Under the pieces are notes generated by a model. It was not told the DNA's origin, made no database searches, and saw only the letters and a program-made list of their open reading frames with translations. A DNA stretch of 64,000 nucleotides, from positions 6,189 through 70,188 of the forward strand of contig DATCIG010000008.1 in the NCBI GenBank assembly GCA_036507895.1. The letters are read 5' to 3'. Source of the stretch: Coriobacteriia bacterium. Lineage in GTDB: Bacteria > Actinomycetota > Coriobacteriia > Anaerosomatales > PALSA-660. Each line of letters begins with the position of its first letter. Within the stretch, counting starts at the first letter, position 1. Positions 53,419-63,660 of this stretch are shown here, piece after piece. Both the position numbers and the translations under genes were made by a program.

Positions 53419-54578
53419 GAAGCCTCCATCCGGATACCCGGAGATGTGATGAGGCGGCCGAGAGCCCGCAGCCCCGAGTCGGCCGTCACCGCCATGAGCA
53501 CCATCGGGACCGCGCCGAGCAGGGTGAGATCGTCGACCTGCCCGCCCCAGCCCAGGATCACCAGCACGCCGAGCGTCCCGTTACCGATGAAAGCCACCAC
53601 GGCGGTGATGCCGATGATGAGCACGGCTGCGGCGCGAACACCTTCGATGAGCAGCGGCAGGGCGAGCGGCGCTTCGACGCGCACGAGCAACTGCACCCGG
53701 CTCATGCCCATCCCCAGTCCCGCGTCCACCACAGCCGGGTCGACCTGCGCCAGCCCGAGGTAGGTGTTGCGCACGATCGGCAGGAGCGCGTAGACGGTGA
53801 GCGCGATGATCGCCGGCAAGGGGCCGATCCCCGGCAGGCCGAGCGCTGCCAACGGCACGACCAACAGACCGAGCAAGGCCAGACTCGGCACGGTCTGGAT
53901 GATCCCGACGATGCCCAAGACCACGGCGCGAGCCCAGCCGACGCGCGCGGACAGTATCCCGAGAGGCACACCGATCACGATCGCAAGACCGAGCGAGACG
54001 CCGGCAAGCGTGAGGTGCGTGCCGACGGCGGCCCAGAAGGCGTCCGCCTGCCTCATGTACTCGAGCACGATCGAAAGACGCCCCAGACCTCCCCAGTACC
54101 CCGCACAGAGCCACAGCGTGGCCAGCCCGACGACGGCACCGATCCGCCATGCGTGAGGTGGCCGCGCCTGGACGGCAGCGAACCACAGTGCCGCAGCACC
54201 CGCCACGGCAAGCCATGCTCCGAGCCCGATCGAGATCCTCGCGGGGGACGCCGGGTCCGGCGTCAGATGGGAGGCCGCGTATCCGAGGGCCCACGCCAGC
54301 GAACCCACCATCCCTCCCGCGCATATGAGCTCGATGCGCGCCCGGAGCGGCTCGCGTGCGGCGAGCGACGCCACGAGCGCCACGGCGGCCAGAAGGAGGA
54401 GACCCCATGAGGCAGGTCCGCCGGCGCCCAGGGGCTGCGGTGCGCCGTTGACGATCCTGTTCGCCCGCAGGACGTAGAGAGGCAGCAGGACGCAGCCCGC
54501 GAGCGCGATCAGCGCGCCGGTCGCGGCAACCCTGTCGACGCGGTGATAAACGACCGCGTCCGTGGGCTTGTCTCCCAC
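53415..54578 (-). CDS. Osmoprotectant ABC transporter permease with an extra N-terminal membrane domain (YehY/OpuCB-like)
   Basis: About 170 aa of additional TM helices followed by a BPD-transporter permease core. Confidence 0.75.
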   Translation of the reverse strand: MGDKPTDAVVYHRVDRVAATGALIALAGCVLLPLYVLRANRIVNGAPQPLGAGGPASWGLLLLAAVALVASLAAREPLRARIELICAGGMVGSLAWALGYAASHLTPDPASPARISIGLGAWLAVAGAAALWFAAVQARPPHAWRIGAVVGLATLWLCAGYWGGLGRLSIVLEYMRQADAFWAAVGTHLTLAGVSLGLAIVIGVPLGILSARVGWARAVVLGIVGIIQTVPSLALLGLLVVPLAALGLPGIGPLPAIIALTVYALLPIVRNTYLGLAQVDPAVVDAGLGMGMSRVQLLVRVEAPLALPLLIEGVRAAAVLIIGITAVVAFIGNGTLGVLVILGWGGQVDDLTLLGAVPMVLMAVTADSGLRALGRLITSPGIRMEAS

Positions 54579-54579
54579 G

Positions 54580-55548
54580 CTACTTGAGAAGCCCCTCGGA
54601 CTTGAGCCAGTCGCTGACGACCGCCTTCGGGTCTTTCCCGTCCACCGCCACCTGACCGTTCAACTTCTGGAGCGTCTCGAGCGTGAGCCTCTCGAAGACG
54701 GGATCGAGAAGGGTCGCGATCTCGGGGTATTTGTCGGCGATGGCCTTGCGCAGGGTCGGCGCCGGCTGATAGACCGGCTGAGCGCCCTTCGGATCGGAGA
54801 GCACCACCAGGTCCAACGCGGCGACCGTGCCGTCCGTACCGTACGCCATGGCGGCGTTCGCGCCGTTCGAGCCCTGTGCGGCCGCCTTCTCCGTCACGGC
54901 GGTGTCGCCCGAAGCGAGTGCGACGATCTGGCCGGGCTTGAGCTTGAAGCCGTAGGCGGTCTCGAATGCGGGCATCGCCGCGGCGCTCGTGAAGAACTCC
55001 TGAGAACCGACGATCTTCACCGCCGCGCCCCGATTGATGTATGCGGCCCAGTCCTCCATCGACTTCAGGCCGTTGGCTGTCGCGAAGGCGCGCGGCAAGG
55101 CCACAGCCCAGGTGTTGTTGGCGGGTGCGGGCTTGAGCCACACGATGCCATTGGCCAGATCGAGCTTGGCGGCCTCGAGGTAGGTCGCCTGGGCGTCCTT
55201 CAGGACCGAAGGCGCGACATTCTTGTCCTTGTTGAACACGAGCAGGCTGTTTGCCGTGTACTCCGGGTAGATGTCGATCTGCCCTGAGACCAGTGCTTTT
55301 CGCACCACGTCCGTAGCGCCCGTTCGCGTCTTGTCTTCGACCGTGAACCCGTTCTGCTTCAGGACCGTCAGGATCAACTGGCCCAGGAGCGATCCCTCGC
55401 CGTCGATCTTGCTACCGACGCGGATGGGACCCTTCTCCGCGGGCGCAGCGCCGGGAGTGTTCGATGATGGAGCCGCGCATCCGACCAACGTCACCGCGAC
55501 AGCGACCGCCGCGAACGCCGCAGCCGTGGCTCTCCAGTTCGCGCGCAT
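54580..55548 (-). CDS. Osmoprotectant-binding lipoprotein (OpuCC/OsmF-type substrate-binding protein)
   Basis: Lipobox LVGC after a signal peptide (start refined to ATG 55548 behind GGGAGG). OpuAC-family-like sequence. The gene order SBP-permease-ATPase-permease matches yehZYXW. Confidence 0.8.
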   Translation of the reverse strand: MRANWRATAAAFAAVAVAVTLVGCAAPSSNTPGAAPAEKGPIRVGSKIDGEGSLLGQLILTVLKQNGFTVEDKTRTGATDVVRKALVSGQIDIYPEYTANSLLVFNKDKNVAPSVLKDAQATYLEAAKLDLANGIVWLKPAPANNTWAVALPRAFATANGLKSMEDWAAYINRGAAVKIVGSQEFFTSAAAMPAFETAYGFKLKPGQIVALASGDTAVTEKAAAQGSNGANAAMAYGTDGTVAALDLVVLSDPKGAQPVYQPAPTLRKAIADKYPEIATLLDPVFERLTLETLQKLNGQVAVDGKDPKAVVSDWLKSEGLLK

Positions 55549-55693
55549 GGCATGCCTCCCTGTTCTGTCGAGGAAGCGATCTCCCCGGCTGTCGACCCCT
55601 GTTGGAGGTTTCGTTCCCGAGAACGGACTTCTCTCCACTTGTGGCCACAGACCCATCAGCGTCGACGCTCCGCGCGTCCGCTTGAGCACATTG

Positions 55694-56809
55694 TCACACG
55701 CGCGGCGGGAATGTCCGATCGCACTCCTCGACATAGTCGCGCAGGACCTGCGGCAACGCGGCGTCGAGGCCGGGCTCGGGTACGGGAGCGGAGCTGTACG
55801 TGTCCCAGAACAGCACCTGGCTGTCGGTCAGCTTCCCGGCGCGCGCGTCGGCGACCATCGCGGCGAACGCCTTGCCGGTGTAGGTGGTCTCGAGTCTGAT
55901 CCCGCTCGCAGCCGCCAACGCGACGGCCTCGAGCGTCTCGGGCGTCACGACGCCGTAGCCGGGCTCGAACCAATCGTCACGCAACTCGAACGAGAGGTCG
56001 TCGTATGCAAGATCCGGGAAGGACCCGTCGAGGGACCGGAGGAGGGCGACGGTCTTCTCGACAAGGTCGATGGCGACACTCTCGGAGCCCACCTCGACGG
56101 GCGTGACCCGGATTGCGACGACACGCGTGTGCGCGCCGATCGCCGCCATGCCGAGCGCAAGGCCGATCGCCGTGCCCAGTGTTCCGGCGGCCACGTAGAT
56201 CACGTCGGGGCGCAGGTAGTCGCTCAGGTCACGGGCGTCGATGTCGGCGTTGAGCGCGCGCAACTGCTCGACCACCTCGATGGCGGCGTCCACATAGCCC
56301 ACAGCACCCAAGGCATTGGTGCCGCCCATGGGGATGACGAAGGGCTCGATGCCGTCACGGAGGGTGAGCTCGGCCTTCGCCCGGACCGCCTCGCGAGCAC
56401 CGTCCCAGCCGTCCACCGGGTACAGGACCGTGCCGAGGCCGGCATGCGCGCGCAGCGTGGCCGCGGCGAAAGGGCCGAGCGCCTGCGGCGAGAGCACGGC
56501 GTGAGGCTCGACCCCCAACGCGCGGGCGTGTACCGCGGTCGCGAGCGCGTGGTTCGAGCCGTAGGCGCCGTAGGTGATGACCGCACGAGCGCCGTCGGCG
56601 AGCGCCCGGCCCAAGAGATACTCGAGCTTGCGCACCTTGTTGCCGCCGTACACAGGGCTGGTCAGGTCGTCCCGTTTGACGAGCAGTCGGAGGATCCCGA
56701 GTTCCGCCGCGAGCACACCGAGCGACTCGACGGGCGTGGGTAGCGTCGCGATTCCCGCGCGCGGGAGCGAGGCCGCACCGGGAAAACGGCGAATGAGCGA
56801 GCTGGTCAC
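55694..56809 (-). CDS. PLP-dependent D-cysteine desulfhydrase / ACC deaminase family protein
   Basis: Family motif with the PLP lysine, YGGNKVRKLEYLL. Fold-type II PLP pattern. Confidence 0.75.
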   Translation of the reverse strand: MTSSLIRRFPGAASLPRAGIATLPTPVESLGVLAAELGILRLLVKRDDLTSPVYGGNKVRKLEYLLGRALADGARAVITYGAYGSNHALATAVHARALGVEPHAVLSPQALGPFAAATLRAHAGLGTVLYPVDGWDGAREAVRAKAELTLRDGIEPFVIPMGGTNALGAVGYVDAAIEVVEQLRALNADIDARDLSDYLRPDVIYVAAGTLGTAIGLALGMAAIGAHTRVVAIRVTPVEVGSESVAIDLVEKTVALLRSLDGSFPDLAYDDLSFELRDDWFEPGYGVVTPETLEAVALAAASGIRLETTYTGKAFAAMVADARAGKLTDSQVLFWDTYSSAPVPEPGLDAALPQVLRDYVEECDRTFPPRV

Positions 56810-56842
56810 GGCTGTCTCCTTCAGGCGGGCACGTACTTCGGA

Positions 56843-58582
56843 CTAGCCCAGCTCGCGGGCGAACACCTTGTCGAGGGCGAGGATGTCGGTCGACGAGATG
56901 ATTCCGACGAGCCGCGAGGAATCGTTGGCCGCAACGACCGGGACACGGTCCAGATCGAGCTGGGCCATCAATGCCGCGACCTCGCCGACAGGGCGGTTCG
57001 CTCGCGTGCTGACGGCCGGCGTGGCCATGAGCGTCGAGATCAGCGTCGTGTCACGCTCGTCAGCTGACACATCACGGATATCTGACAGGCTGACGAAGCC
57101 GACGAGCCGATCCCCATCGGTTACGGGGAAGCCCTTGCGCCGATGCTTGAGTATGTAGTCGTCGAGGAAGAGCCGAACAGACGCATCTTGTGGAACGGTC
57201 ATCACGGTCTTCGTCATGATGTCCTGCACACTCAGCCCCATGAGGCGGTCAACGTAGTCCTCACGGCGCCAACGCTGCCGCTTCGAGACCGACACCCGCC
57301 CGGCGACCGTGTACGCGGCCACCGACGCGACGAGCCCGGGGATGAGATAGCCCGCTCCACCCGTTGACTCCGCGACGAAGACCGCCGCCGCGATCGGAGT
57401 GTTGTAGCCCGCGGCGAGGAAGGCCGCCATGCCCACGATCGGGAACAACGGTCCGCTTGCCGACGGAACCAAGCCTCGCATGATGGAGCCCGCTGCGGCA
57501 CCCATGGCGATCATCGGGATGAAGAGACCGCCCGCTGCCCCGCTCCCGATAGTGGCGACCGTGGCGCCCACCTTCAGCGCCAGGAACTCGAACGACTCCG
57601 CAGGCCCCGCGCCGCCCGCGACGAGGCGCGTTATGGTCTCGTAGCCGGTCCCGAGCACGGACGGCCGGCCGAAGAGGGCGAAGCCAGCCAAAGCCAACAG
57701 CCCGCACGCCAGACCGCCAAGACCCGTACGGGCCCAGAGCGGCAGCTTCACCCGGCCTGCCAGCCTCTCGACCGAGTGCAGAGAAGTGATGAACAGCAGG
57801 GCCACGACTCCCACCACCACGCCCAACAGCAGGGCCCACCCGAGGTCCGCCCCTGTGGGCATGTAGCGCGCCGCAACACGGAAGAGCGGCTCTGTCCCGA
57901 GGAACTGGACGAGCACGAGGTATGAGGTGACCGATCCGACCAGCGCCGGAATGAGTGCCTCGTGGGCCATGTCGTCCATGTACGGCACCTCGAGAGCGAA
58001 CACCACTCCCGTCAGCGGCGCCTTGAAGATCGCAGCCACGCCGGCGGCGGCGCCCGCCACCGCCATCCTCTTGACGTCGTCCTCGCTGTAACCGAAGCGC
58101 CGCAGTTTCTTCATGACGAACGAGCCGACGGCGCTACCCAGATGGATGGCCGGCGCCTCCATCCCGGCGCTGCCGCCCAGCCCGACCGTGGCCAGCGCCG
58201 CGAGGACCTTGCCTGGGACCGATCTGTAGGAGAAGACGCCCTGGTGCTCGTGGTAAGCGTCGATGTACTCCTCAGTGCCCTGCACGTTGGGATTGTCGGA
58301 CGCCTTCTGGAGAAGGAGGCCCGAGAGCAAGAGGCCCACTGTGGGGAACAGCACGATCGTCACGGGCGTCAGATGCTGGCTCACATTGCCCCACAGGAGC
58401 TCGTATGCCGCGACGTCGATGAGAGTCACGCCCAGACCGACGATCACACCGACCACGACTGCGGGAAGGAGTTGCTTGCGCACCTCGCCCCAGAGGTGCT
58501 CGGCGCCGTGACGCGTGGCCAACGCATAGGCATTGAGGCGGGACCCCACCGACCGTCCCACGCGTGTCGATCGCTTCAACAA
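56843..58582 (-). CDS. ClC-family chloride channel/H+ antiporter with C-terminal tandem CBS domains
   Basis: Multi-TM with ClC-like loops (GGSAGMEAP, AIFKAPLTG) and a CBS pair at the C-terminus. Confidence 0.85.
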   Translation of the reverse strand: MLKRSTRVGRSVGSRLNAYALATRHGAEHLWGEVRKQLLPAVVVGVIVGLGVTLIDVAAYELLWGNVSQHLTPVTIVLFPTVGLLLSGLLLQKASDNPNVQGTEEYIDAYHEHQGVFSYRSVPGKVLAALATVGLGGSAGMEAPAIHLGSAVGSFVMKKLRRFGYSEDDVKRMAVAGAAAGVAAIFKAPLTGVVFALEVPYMDDMAHEALIPALVGSVTSYLVLVQFLGTEPLFRVAARYMPTGADLGWALLLGVVVGVVALLFITSLHSVERLAGRVKLPLWARTGLGGLACGLLALAGFALFGRPSVLGTGYETITRLVAGGAGPAESFEFLALKVGATVATIGSGAAGGLFIPMIAMGAAAGSIMRGLVPSASGPLFPIVGMAAFLAAGYNTPIAAAVFVAESTGGAGYLIPGLVASVAAYTVAGRVSVSKRQRWRREDYVDRLMGLSVQDIMTKTVMTVPQDASVRLFLDDYILKHRRKGFPVTDGDRLVGFVSLSDIRDVSADERDTTLISTLMATPAVSTRANRPVGEVAALMAQLDLDRVPVVAANDSSRLVGIISSTDILALDKVFARELG

Positions 58583-58709
58583 GGCCCCCGGTATCCACGC
58601 GGTTCACATCCATCCGAGCATACCACCGTGTCGCGTGACCTCCTCGAGGGCTCCCGCCAGGCCCCGGACGGGCATGGCCGACCGCCCGAGGGCCGCCCGA
58701 CCGCCACCC

Positions 58710-60335
58710 TCAGACGTAACGTGCCAGAACGGCCTCCGCACATCGCATACCGTCCACCGCTGCAGACATGATGCCGCCCGCGTAGCCGGCGCCCTCTCCG
58801 CAGGGATAGACGCCCCGCAGGTTCGACTGCAGGGTCTCATCGCGCACCACGCGCACCGGGGAGGACGACCGCGTCTCCACACCCGTGAGAACAGCGTCCC
58901 TCGTCGCGAAACCGCGCATGCGACGGTCGAACATCGGTGCCGCCTCACGCAGCGACGCAACAGCGAACTCCGGCAGGCACAGCGAGAGATCCGCATATTC
59001 CACCCCGAGCGGATAGGTGGGAACGACGCCACCCGCCGACGGCGAGGCGACGCCCTGCAGGAAGTCACCCATGAGTTGAGCAGGCGCGTGGAAGTCCCGT
59101 CCGCCAAGCTCGAACGCAGCCTTCTCCCATCGCCGCTGGAACCGCACTCCCGCCAGTGGGTGGTCGTCATCGAAGTCCTTGGGCGAGACATTGACCAAGA
59201 AGGCCGCATTCGCGTTCGCGCCTTCGCGGGCGAATCTGCTCATCCCATTCGTGACGACGCCCCCCTCCTCGCTCGTCGCCGCCACCACCCAGCCACCGGG
59301 GCACATGCAGAACGTGTAGACCCCGCGCCCCGAGGAAAGGTGGCACGAGAGCTTGTAGTCCGCCGCGCCGAGCGCCGGGTGCCCGGCCACAGATCCGTAC
59401 TGCGCACGGTCCACCATGCGCTGGTCGTGCTCCACACGGACTCCGATCGAGAATGGCTTCTGTGCGAGGGCTGCGCCACTGAGGTGAAGCATCTCGAGGG
59501 TGTCTCGTGCGCTGTGACCCGTGGCCAGGATGAGCGCCTCCGCGCCGAACTCTTCGCGACCGCGGTCGCTCTCCGTCACGATGCCGCGGAGTGCGCCCTC
59601 CGCATCAAGGACGAGGTCGGAGAGACGCGTCTTGAACCGCACCTCGCCGCCGAGAGACTCGATCTGCTCCCGCACCCACTTCACTCCCCCCGCGAGGTGG
59701 TCCGTGCCGATATGGGGCTTCGCCTGCCACGCGATCTCCTCGGGCGCGCCCGCCTCGACGAGCGTCGCAAGCACGCTGCGAGTGCGGGGATCGTGCGTGC
59801 CGGTGGTGAGCTTGCCGTCGGAGAAGGTCCCAGCGCCGCCCTCGCCGAACTGGATGTTCGAATCCGGGTCGAGCACGCCGTCGCGGATGAAGGTGTTGAC
59901 CGCGCGGATGCGCCCATCGACCGCCGCTCCGCGCTCGAGCACCAGAGGCCGCGCGCCCGCCCGCGCGAGCACGAGCGCGGCGAACAGCCCCGCGGGACCC
60001 GTGCCGACCACGACGGGGCGCAGCGCGGGAGCGACTGCGAGGCTCGCGATGGCGGGCAATGGCTCGGTCGCGGCGATGAACACGTCGTCCTCGGCTATGC
60101 GGCTCACGACGGCCGCCTCGCCGTCTCCGTGACCGTCATCGATCGTCACACCGAGCGTCACGATGAAGTGGACGTTGCCCTTGCGACGGGCATCGACGGA
60201 GCGCTTGAGCAAGCGGACAGAGGCGATCCGTGCCGCGTCGATACCGAGGCGACCGGCGGCGGCACGTTCCAGCGCCCCCTCGACTGACGGGTCCCCCGCA
60301 GAGAGCGGGAGGGCGAGGTCCCGTATCTGTATCAC
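58710..60335 (-). CDS. FAD-dependent dehydrogenase of the uncharacterised COG2509 type
   Basis: GTGPAGLFAAL dinucleotide motif, ...FGEGGAGTFSDGKL..., ...CMCPGG.... The GTG start at 60335 overlaps the stop of the upstream flavoprotein (GTGA). Confidence 0.7.
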   Translation of the reverse strand: MIQIRDLALPLSAGDPSVEGALERAAAGRLGIDAARIASVRLLKRSVDARRKGNVHFIVTLGVTIDDGHGDGEAAVVSRIAEDDVFIAATEPLPAIASLAVAPALRPVVVGTGPAGLFAALVLARAGARPLVLERGAAVDGRIRAVNTFIRDGVLDPDSNIQFGEGGAGTFSDGKLTTGTHDPRTRSVLATLVEAGAPEEIAWQAKPHIGTDHLAGGVKWVREQIESLGGEVRFKTRLSDLVLDAEGALRGIVTESDRGREEFGAEALILATGHSARDTLEMLHLSGAALAQKPFSIGVRVEHDQRMVDRAQYGSVAGHPALGAADYKLSCHLSSGRGVYTFCMCPGGWVVAATSEEGGVVTNGMSRFAREGANANAAFLVNVSPKDFDDDHPLAGVRFQRRWEKAAFELGGRDFHAPAQLMGDFLQGVASPSAGGVVPTYPLGVEYADLSLCLPEFAVASLREAAPMFDRRMRGFATRDAVLTGVETRSSSPVRVVRDETLQSNLRGVYPCGEGAGYAGGIMSAAVDGMRCAEAVLARYV

Positions 60336-61570
60336 TCGACGCCTCGCGGACCGTCGGCGTTCCCTGCGGCGCGCGCCAGCGCCGCACGGGCGGCACCCTC
60401 GCCCGCTACGATGCCCGACGCCCAGGCCCAGTGCAGGTTGTAGCCACCGGAGCGTCCATCGATGTCGAGGACCTCTCCCGCGGCGAACAGTCCGTCCACG
60501 AGGCGCGACCCCATCGTGCCCGGATCGAATGCCTCCACCGACGCGCCACCGCGGGTGACCTGAGCCTGCGCGGCATCGCCCATGCCGGTGACCTCGAGCC
60601 GGAAGCCCTTGAGGAGCGCGGCCAGCCGGGCCTGAGGCAACACCTCGGCCGACGTGTGCGGATCGATCCCCGCAGCGCGCACGACAGCGCGCGCCACCCG
60701 GTCGTGCAGCATTCCGGTGAAGAACGTCTCCGCACTTCGCCACGAGAGCGTCGCGCAGCGTTGCGCAAGCACCGCCTCGAGCTCCTGCGCCGCGATGTCC
60801 GGGAAGAGATCGATCGAGATGACGCATCCCTCTTCAAGGTGGCGTGAGAGGTCGAAGACCATGATCCCGCTCACTCCGTAGTCGCGGAACAGCAGCTCCC
60901 CTCGTTCGGTCGCGACGGCCGTTCCTCCGGTGACGCCGTCCGCGCCGACGAGAAGGGTCGCCGCGCACTTCACTCGCACACCGGAGAGCCCACGGATGGG
61001 CTCCGTGTCCGTCCTGATCGGGCCGAGTACGGGGACGGTGCCCACCGACTCGTGTCCGAGTTCCGCAAGCAGGGAACCACCACCACCGGTCGTGACGACC
61101 ACGGAATCCGCTCGGACCGTCTCGCTGCCTCGTGCGGACACCTCGAAGCCGGACGAACCGGTCGTCTTCGAGATGCTCGCGACCTCGAACCCGCAGCGCA
61201 CCTCGACGCCGAGGTGCTCGCACTCGAGCCGCAACACGTCGAGGACGGAGCCGGCGAAGTTCGTCGCGGGATAGACGCGCCCCTCCTCCTCGGCGTTCGT
61301 GAGAAGGCCCATGGCTCCGAAGAACGAACGGATGCCTTCGCATGGATACGCCTCGAGCACCGGCCCGACGAAGTCCGGATGGTTGAATGCCGACGGCGAC
61401 GCGGAGAGGTTCGTGAGATTGCAGCGTCCGTTGCCGCTCACGAGGATCTTCTTCCCCACGCGAGCACCCGCCTCGAGGAGCGTGACACCCGCGCCGAGGC
61501 GCGCGGCCGCTATCGCCGCCGAAAGCCCGGCCGCTCCCCCACCGACGATCGACACTCGCGGCTGCTGCAT
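60332..61570 (-). CDS. HI0933/BaiN-family NAD(P)/FAD-dependent oxidoreductase
   Basis: IVGGGAAGLSAAI dinucleotide motif, KILVSGNGRCNLTN, and C-terminal ...DIDGRSGGYNLHWAWASG... typical of the HI0933 family. ATG 61570. Confidence 0.75.
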   Translation of the reverse strand: MQQPRVSIVGGGAAGLSAAIAAARLGAGVTLLEAGARVGKKILVSGNGRCNLTNLSASPSAFNHPDFVGPVLEAYPCEGIRSFFGAMGLLTNAEEEGRVYPATNFAGSVLDVLRLECEHLGVEVRCGFEVASISKTTGSSGFEVSARGSETVRADSVVVTTGGGGSLLAELGHESVGTVPVLGPIRTDTEPIRGLSGVRVKCAATLLVGADGVTGGTAVATERGELLFRDYGVSGIMVFDLSRHLEEGCVISIDLFPDIAAQELEAVLAQRCATLSWRSAETFFTGMLHDRVARAVVRAAGIDPHTSAEVLPQARLAALLKGFRLEVTGMGDAAQAQVTRGGASVEAFDPGTMGSRLVDGLFAAGEVLDIDGRSGGYNLHWAWASGIVAGEGAARAALARAAGNADGPRGVE

Positions 61571-61708
61571 CGTGTCCTTCTCGGTCGTACGGACAGTCAT
61601 CTGTACACAAACGACATCTTAGATGACAGCGCGGGTATCCTGTGTGCTCGGGCGATGTGGGTTGTCGCCTTCGGCTCAACGGTCCTACAAGGATAGAGGT
61701 TCGCCCCG

Positions 61709-63535
61709 GTGGCATATCTGCTCGGATGCGAGAACGTCCATTTGGAGTACCCGACGAAGAAGGTCTTCGACTCGGTCACGCTCGGGATCAACGAGGGCGA
61801 CCGCATCGGCATCGTCGGCGGCAACGGCGACGGCAAGTCGACGCTCCTTTCGCTGCTCGAGGGTTCGGTCGAGCCTGATAGCGGCCGCATCATGCGGCGC
61901 GGCGGGACTACCATTCATACGCTCGAGCAGACCGATGCCCTCGATCCGGAAGCGACCGTCGCCTACTCGGTCGTCGGGGACGCACCCGAGCACACGTGGG
62001 CGTCAGATGCCCAGATCCGCAACACCATTCGCGGTCTCATCGCGGATATCCCCTGGGACAGCCGGATCGGCGAACTCTCGGGCGGGCAGCGACGTCGCGT
62101 GGATCTTGCCCGCGTGCTCATCGCAGACTGCGATGTGCTCATGCTCGACGAGCCCACCAACCATCTCGACGTTCACGCCATCGCGTGGCTGGCTGACCAC
62201 CTCAAGAACCGGTGGCCGAAGAAGTCAGGTGCGCTCCTCGTCGTCACGCATGACCGTTGGTTCCTCGACGAGGTGTGCATCGGCATGTGGGAGGTGCACC
62301 ACGGGCAGGTGGAGCAGTTCGGGGGCGGATACTCGGCCTACGTGCTCCAGCGCGTCGAACGTGCGGCGGCGGCCCAGACGGCCGAACAAAAGCGCACGAA
62401 CCTCATGCGCCGCGAGCTTGCATGGCTCTCGCGAGGCGCTCGCGCCAGGTCGACCAAGCCGAAGTTCCATGTCGAAGCGGCGCGCGCGCTCATCGCTGAC
62501 GAACCGCCCGTACGCAACTCCCTCGAGTTGCGGCAGGCGGCGATCTCGCGATTGGGCAAGCAGGTCGTCGATCTTGTCGACGTGACCGAACGCTTCGGCG
62601 ACAAGACGGTCATAGACAATGTCACGTGGTCCATCGGTCCGGGAGACAGATTCGGCATCCTGGGTGAGAACGGCTCGGGCAAGACCACGCTCCTGAAGAT
62701 CATCCAGGGTTCGCTCGAACCGACCTCAGGCCATGTGAAGATCGGCAAGACGGTGAAGTTCGCCGTCCTGTCGCAGCATCTCGATGAGTTGAACGAGCTG
62801 GGAAGCTGCCGAGTCCGCGAAGTCCTTGCGCGCTACAAGACACGCTACGAATTCGACGGCAAGGAGTTGACCCCGGCCCAGCTTCTCGAGCGTCTCGGAT
62901 TCGAGGCCGCTCAGCTCTCCGCGGTCGTATCCGACCTGTCCGGCGGACAGAAGCGCCGTCTCCAGCTGATGCTCATTCTCTTGGACAAGCCGAACGTCCT
63001 CATCTTGGACGAGCCGGATAACGACCTTGATACCGACATGCTCGCGATCGTGGAGAGTCTCCTGGATTCGTGGCCCGGCACGCTTCTCCTCATCACCCAT
63101 GACCGATACCTGATGGAACGCGTCACCGACGATCAGTTCGCCATCCTCGGCGGGAAGATCCGCCACGTGCCGGGCGGGGTCGACGAGTACCTGCGGCTTC
63201 TGGACATGCGCAGCGACGCACAGGCGGAGGCCAGAGCCGAGAGATCGAAGCCGAAGGCAAGCGCCGCCGGCCGATCGAGTGACGGATCAGCCGAGCAGCG
63301 CGAACCGGCCTTGTCGAATACGGAAGAGCGCAGCCTGAAGAAGGAGCTCGCGTCCACCGAGCGCAAACTGCACACGCTCGGAAAGAAAGCCGACGCGATC
63401 CGCGTCGAGCTGAAGGAGACGGACCCTTCCGACTACATCGCCTTAGGGGACGTCCAGGAGCGGCTTCACAGTGCCGAGCGCCAGGTTTCCGACCTCGAAG
63501 ACGAATGGTTGAGACTGTCCGAGAAGCTCTCCTGA
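61709..63535 (+). CDS. ABC-F family ATPase (two ABC domains, no TM; Uup/YheS-like) with a C-terminal coiled coil
   Basis: Two Walker A motifs (GGNGDGKST, GENGSGKTT), two signatures (LSGGQRRR, LSGGQKRR), charged C-terminal helix. GTG start. Confidence 0.9.
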   Translation: MAYLLGCENVHLEYPTKKVFDSVTLGINEGDRIGIVGGNGDGKSTLLSLLEGSVEPDSGRIMRRGGTTIHTLEQTDALDPEATVAYSVVGDAPEHTWASDAQIRNTIRGLIADIPWDSRIGELSGGQRRRVDLARVLIADCDVLMLDEPTNHLDVHAIAWLADHLKNRWPKKSGALLVVTHDRWFLDEVCIGMWEVHHGQVEQFGGGYSAYVLQRVERAAAAQTAEQKRTNLMRRELAWLSRGARARSTKPKFHVEAARALIADEPPVRNSLELRQAAISRLGKQVVDLVDVTERFGDKTVIDNVTWSIGPGDRFGILGENGSGKTTLLKIIQGSLEPTSGHVKIGKTVKFAVLSQHLDELNELGSCRVREVLARYKTRYEFDGKELTPAQLLERLGFEAAQLSAVVSDLSGGQKRRLQLMLILLDKPNVLILDEPDNDLDTDMLAIVESLLDSWPGTLLLITHDRYLMERVTDDQFAILGGKIRHVPGGVDEYLRLLDMRSDAQAEARAERSKPKASAAGRSSDGSAEQREPALSNTEERSLKKELASTERKLHTLGKKADAIRVELKETDPSDYIALGDVQERLHSAERQVSDLEDEWLRLSEKLS

Positions 63536-63660
63536 CGCTCGCTAGTCCTCAGGTCGCGGCCCCGCGAGCGACCCTGCCCTAGCGTCTGGCGCGTAACCTG
63601 CGCGCCACCAGCTTACCGCGAAGCGCTGGCGCGCTTCAGCGAGTCAGGTTGATGCGCTTG

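Noticed and set aside
61601-61708. Near-palindrome CATCT-T-AGATG and TGTACA in the divergent spacer between the flavoprotein gene and the ABC-F gene. It shares ACATCTTA with motif copy B at 20908-20915.
   Set aside because: Only 8 nt are shared, and the 11-mer TTTACATAAGA is absent. The evidence is too weak to link it to the permease motif, although it may be an ordinary operator or promoter element.
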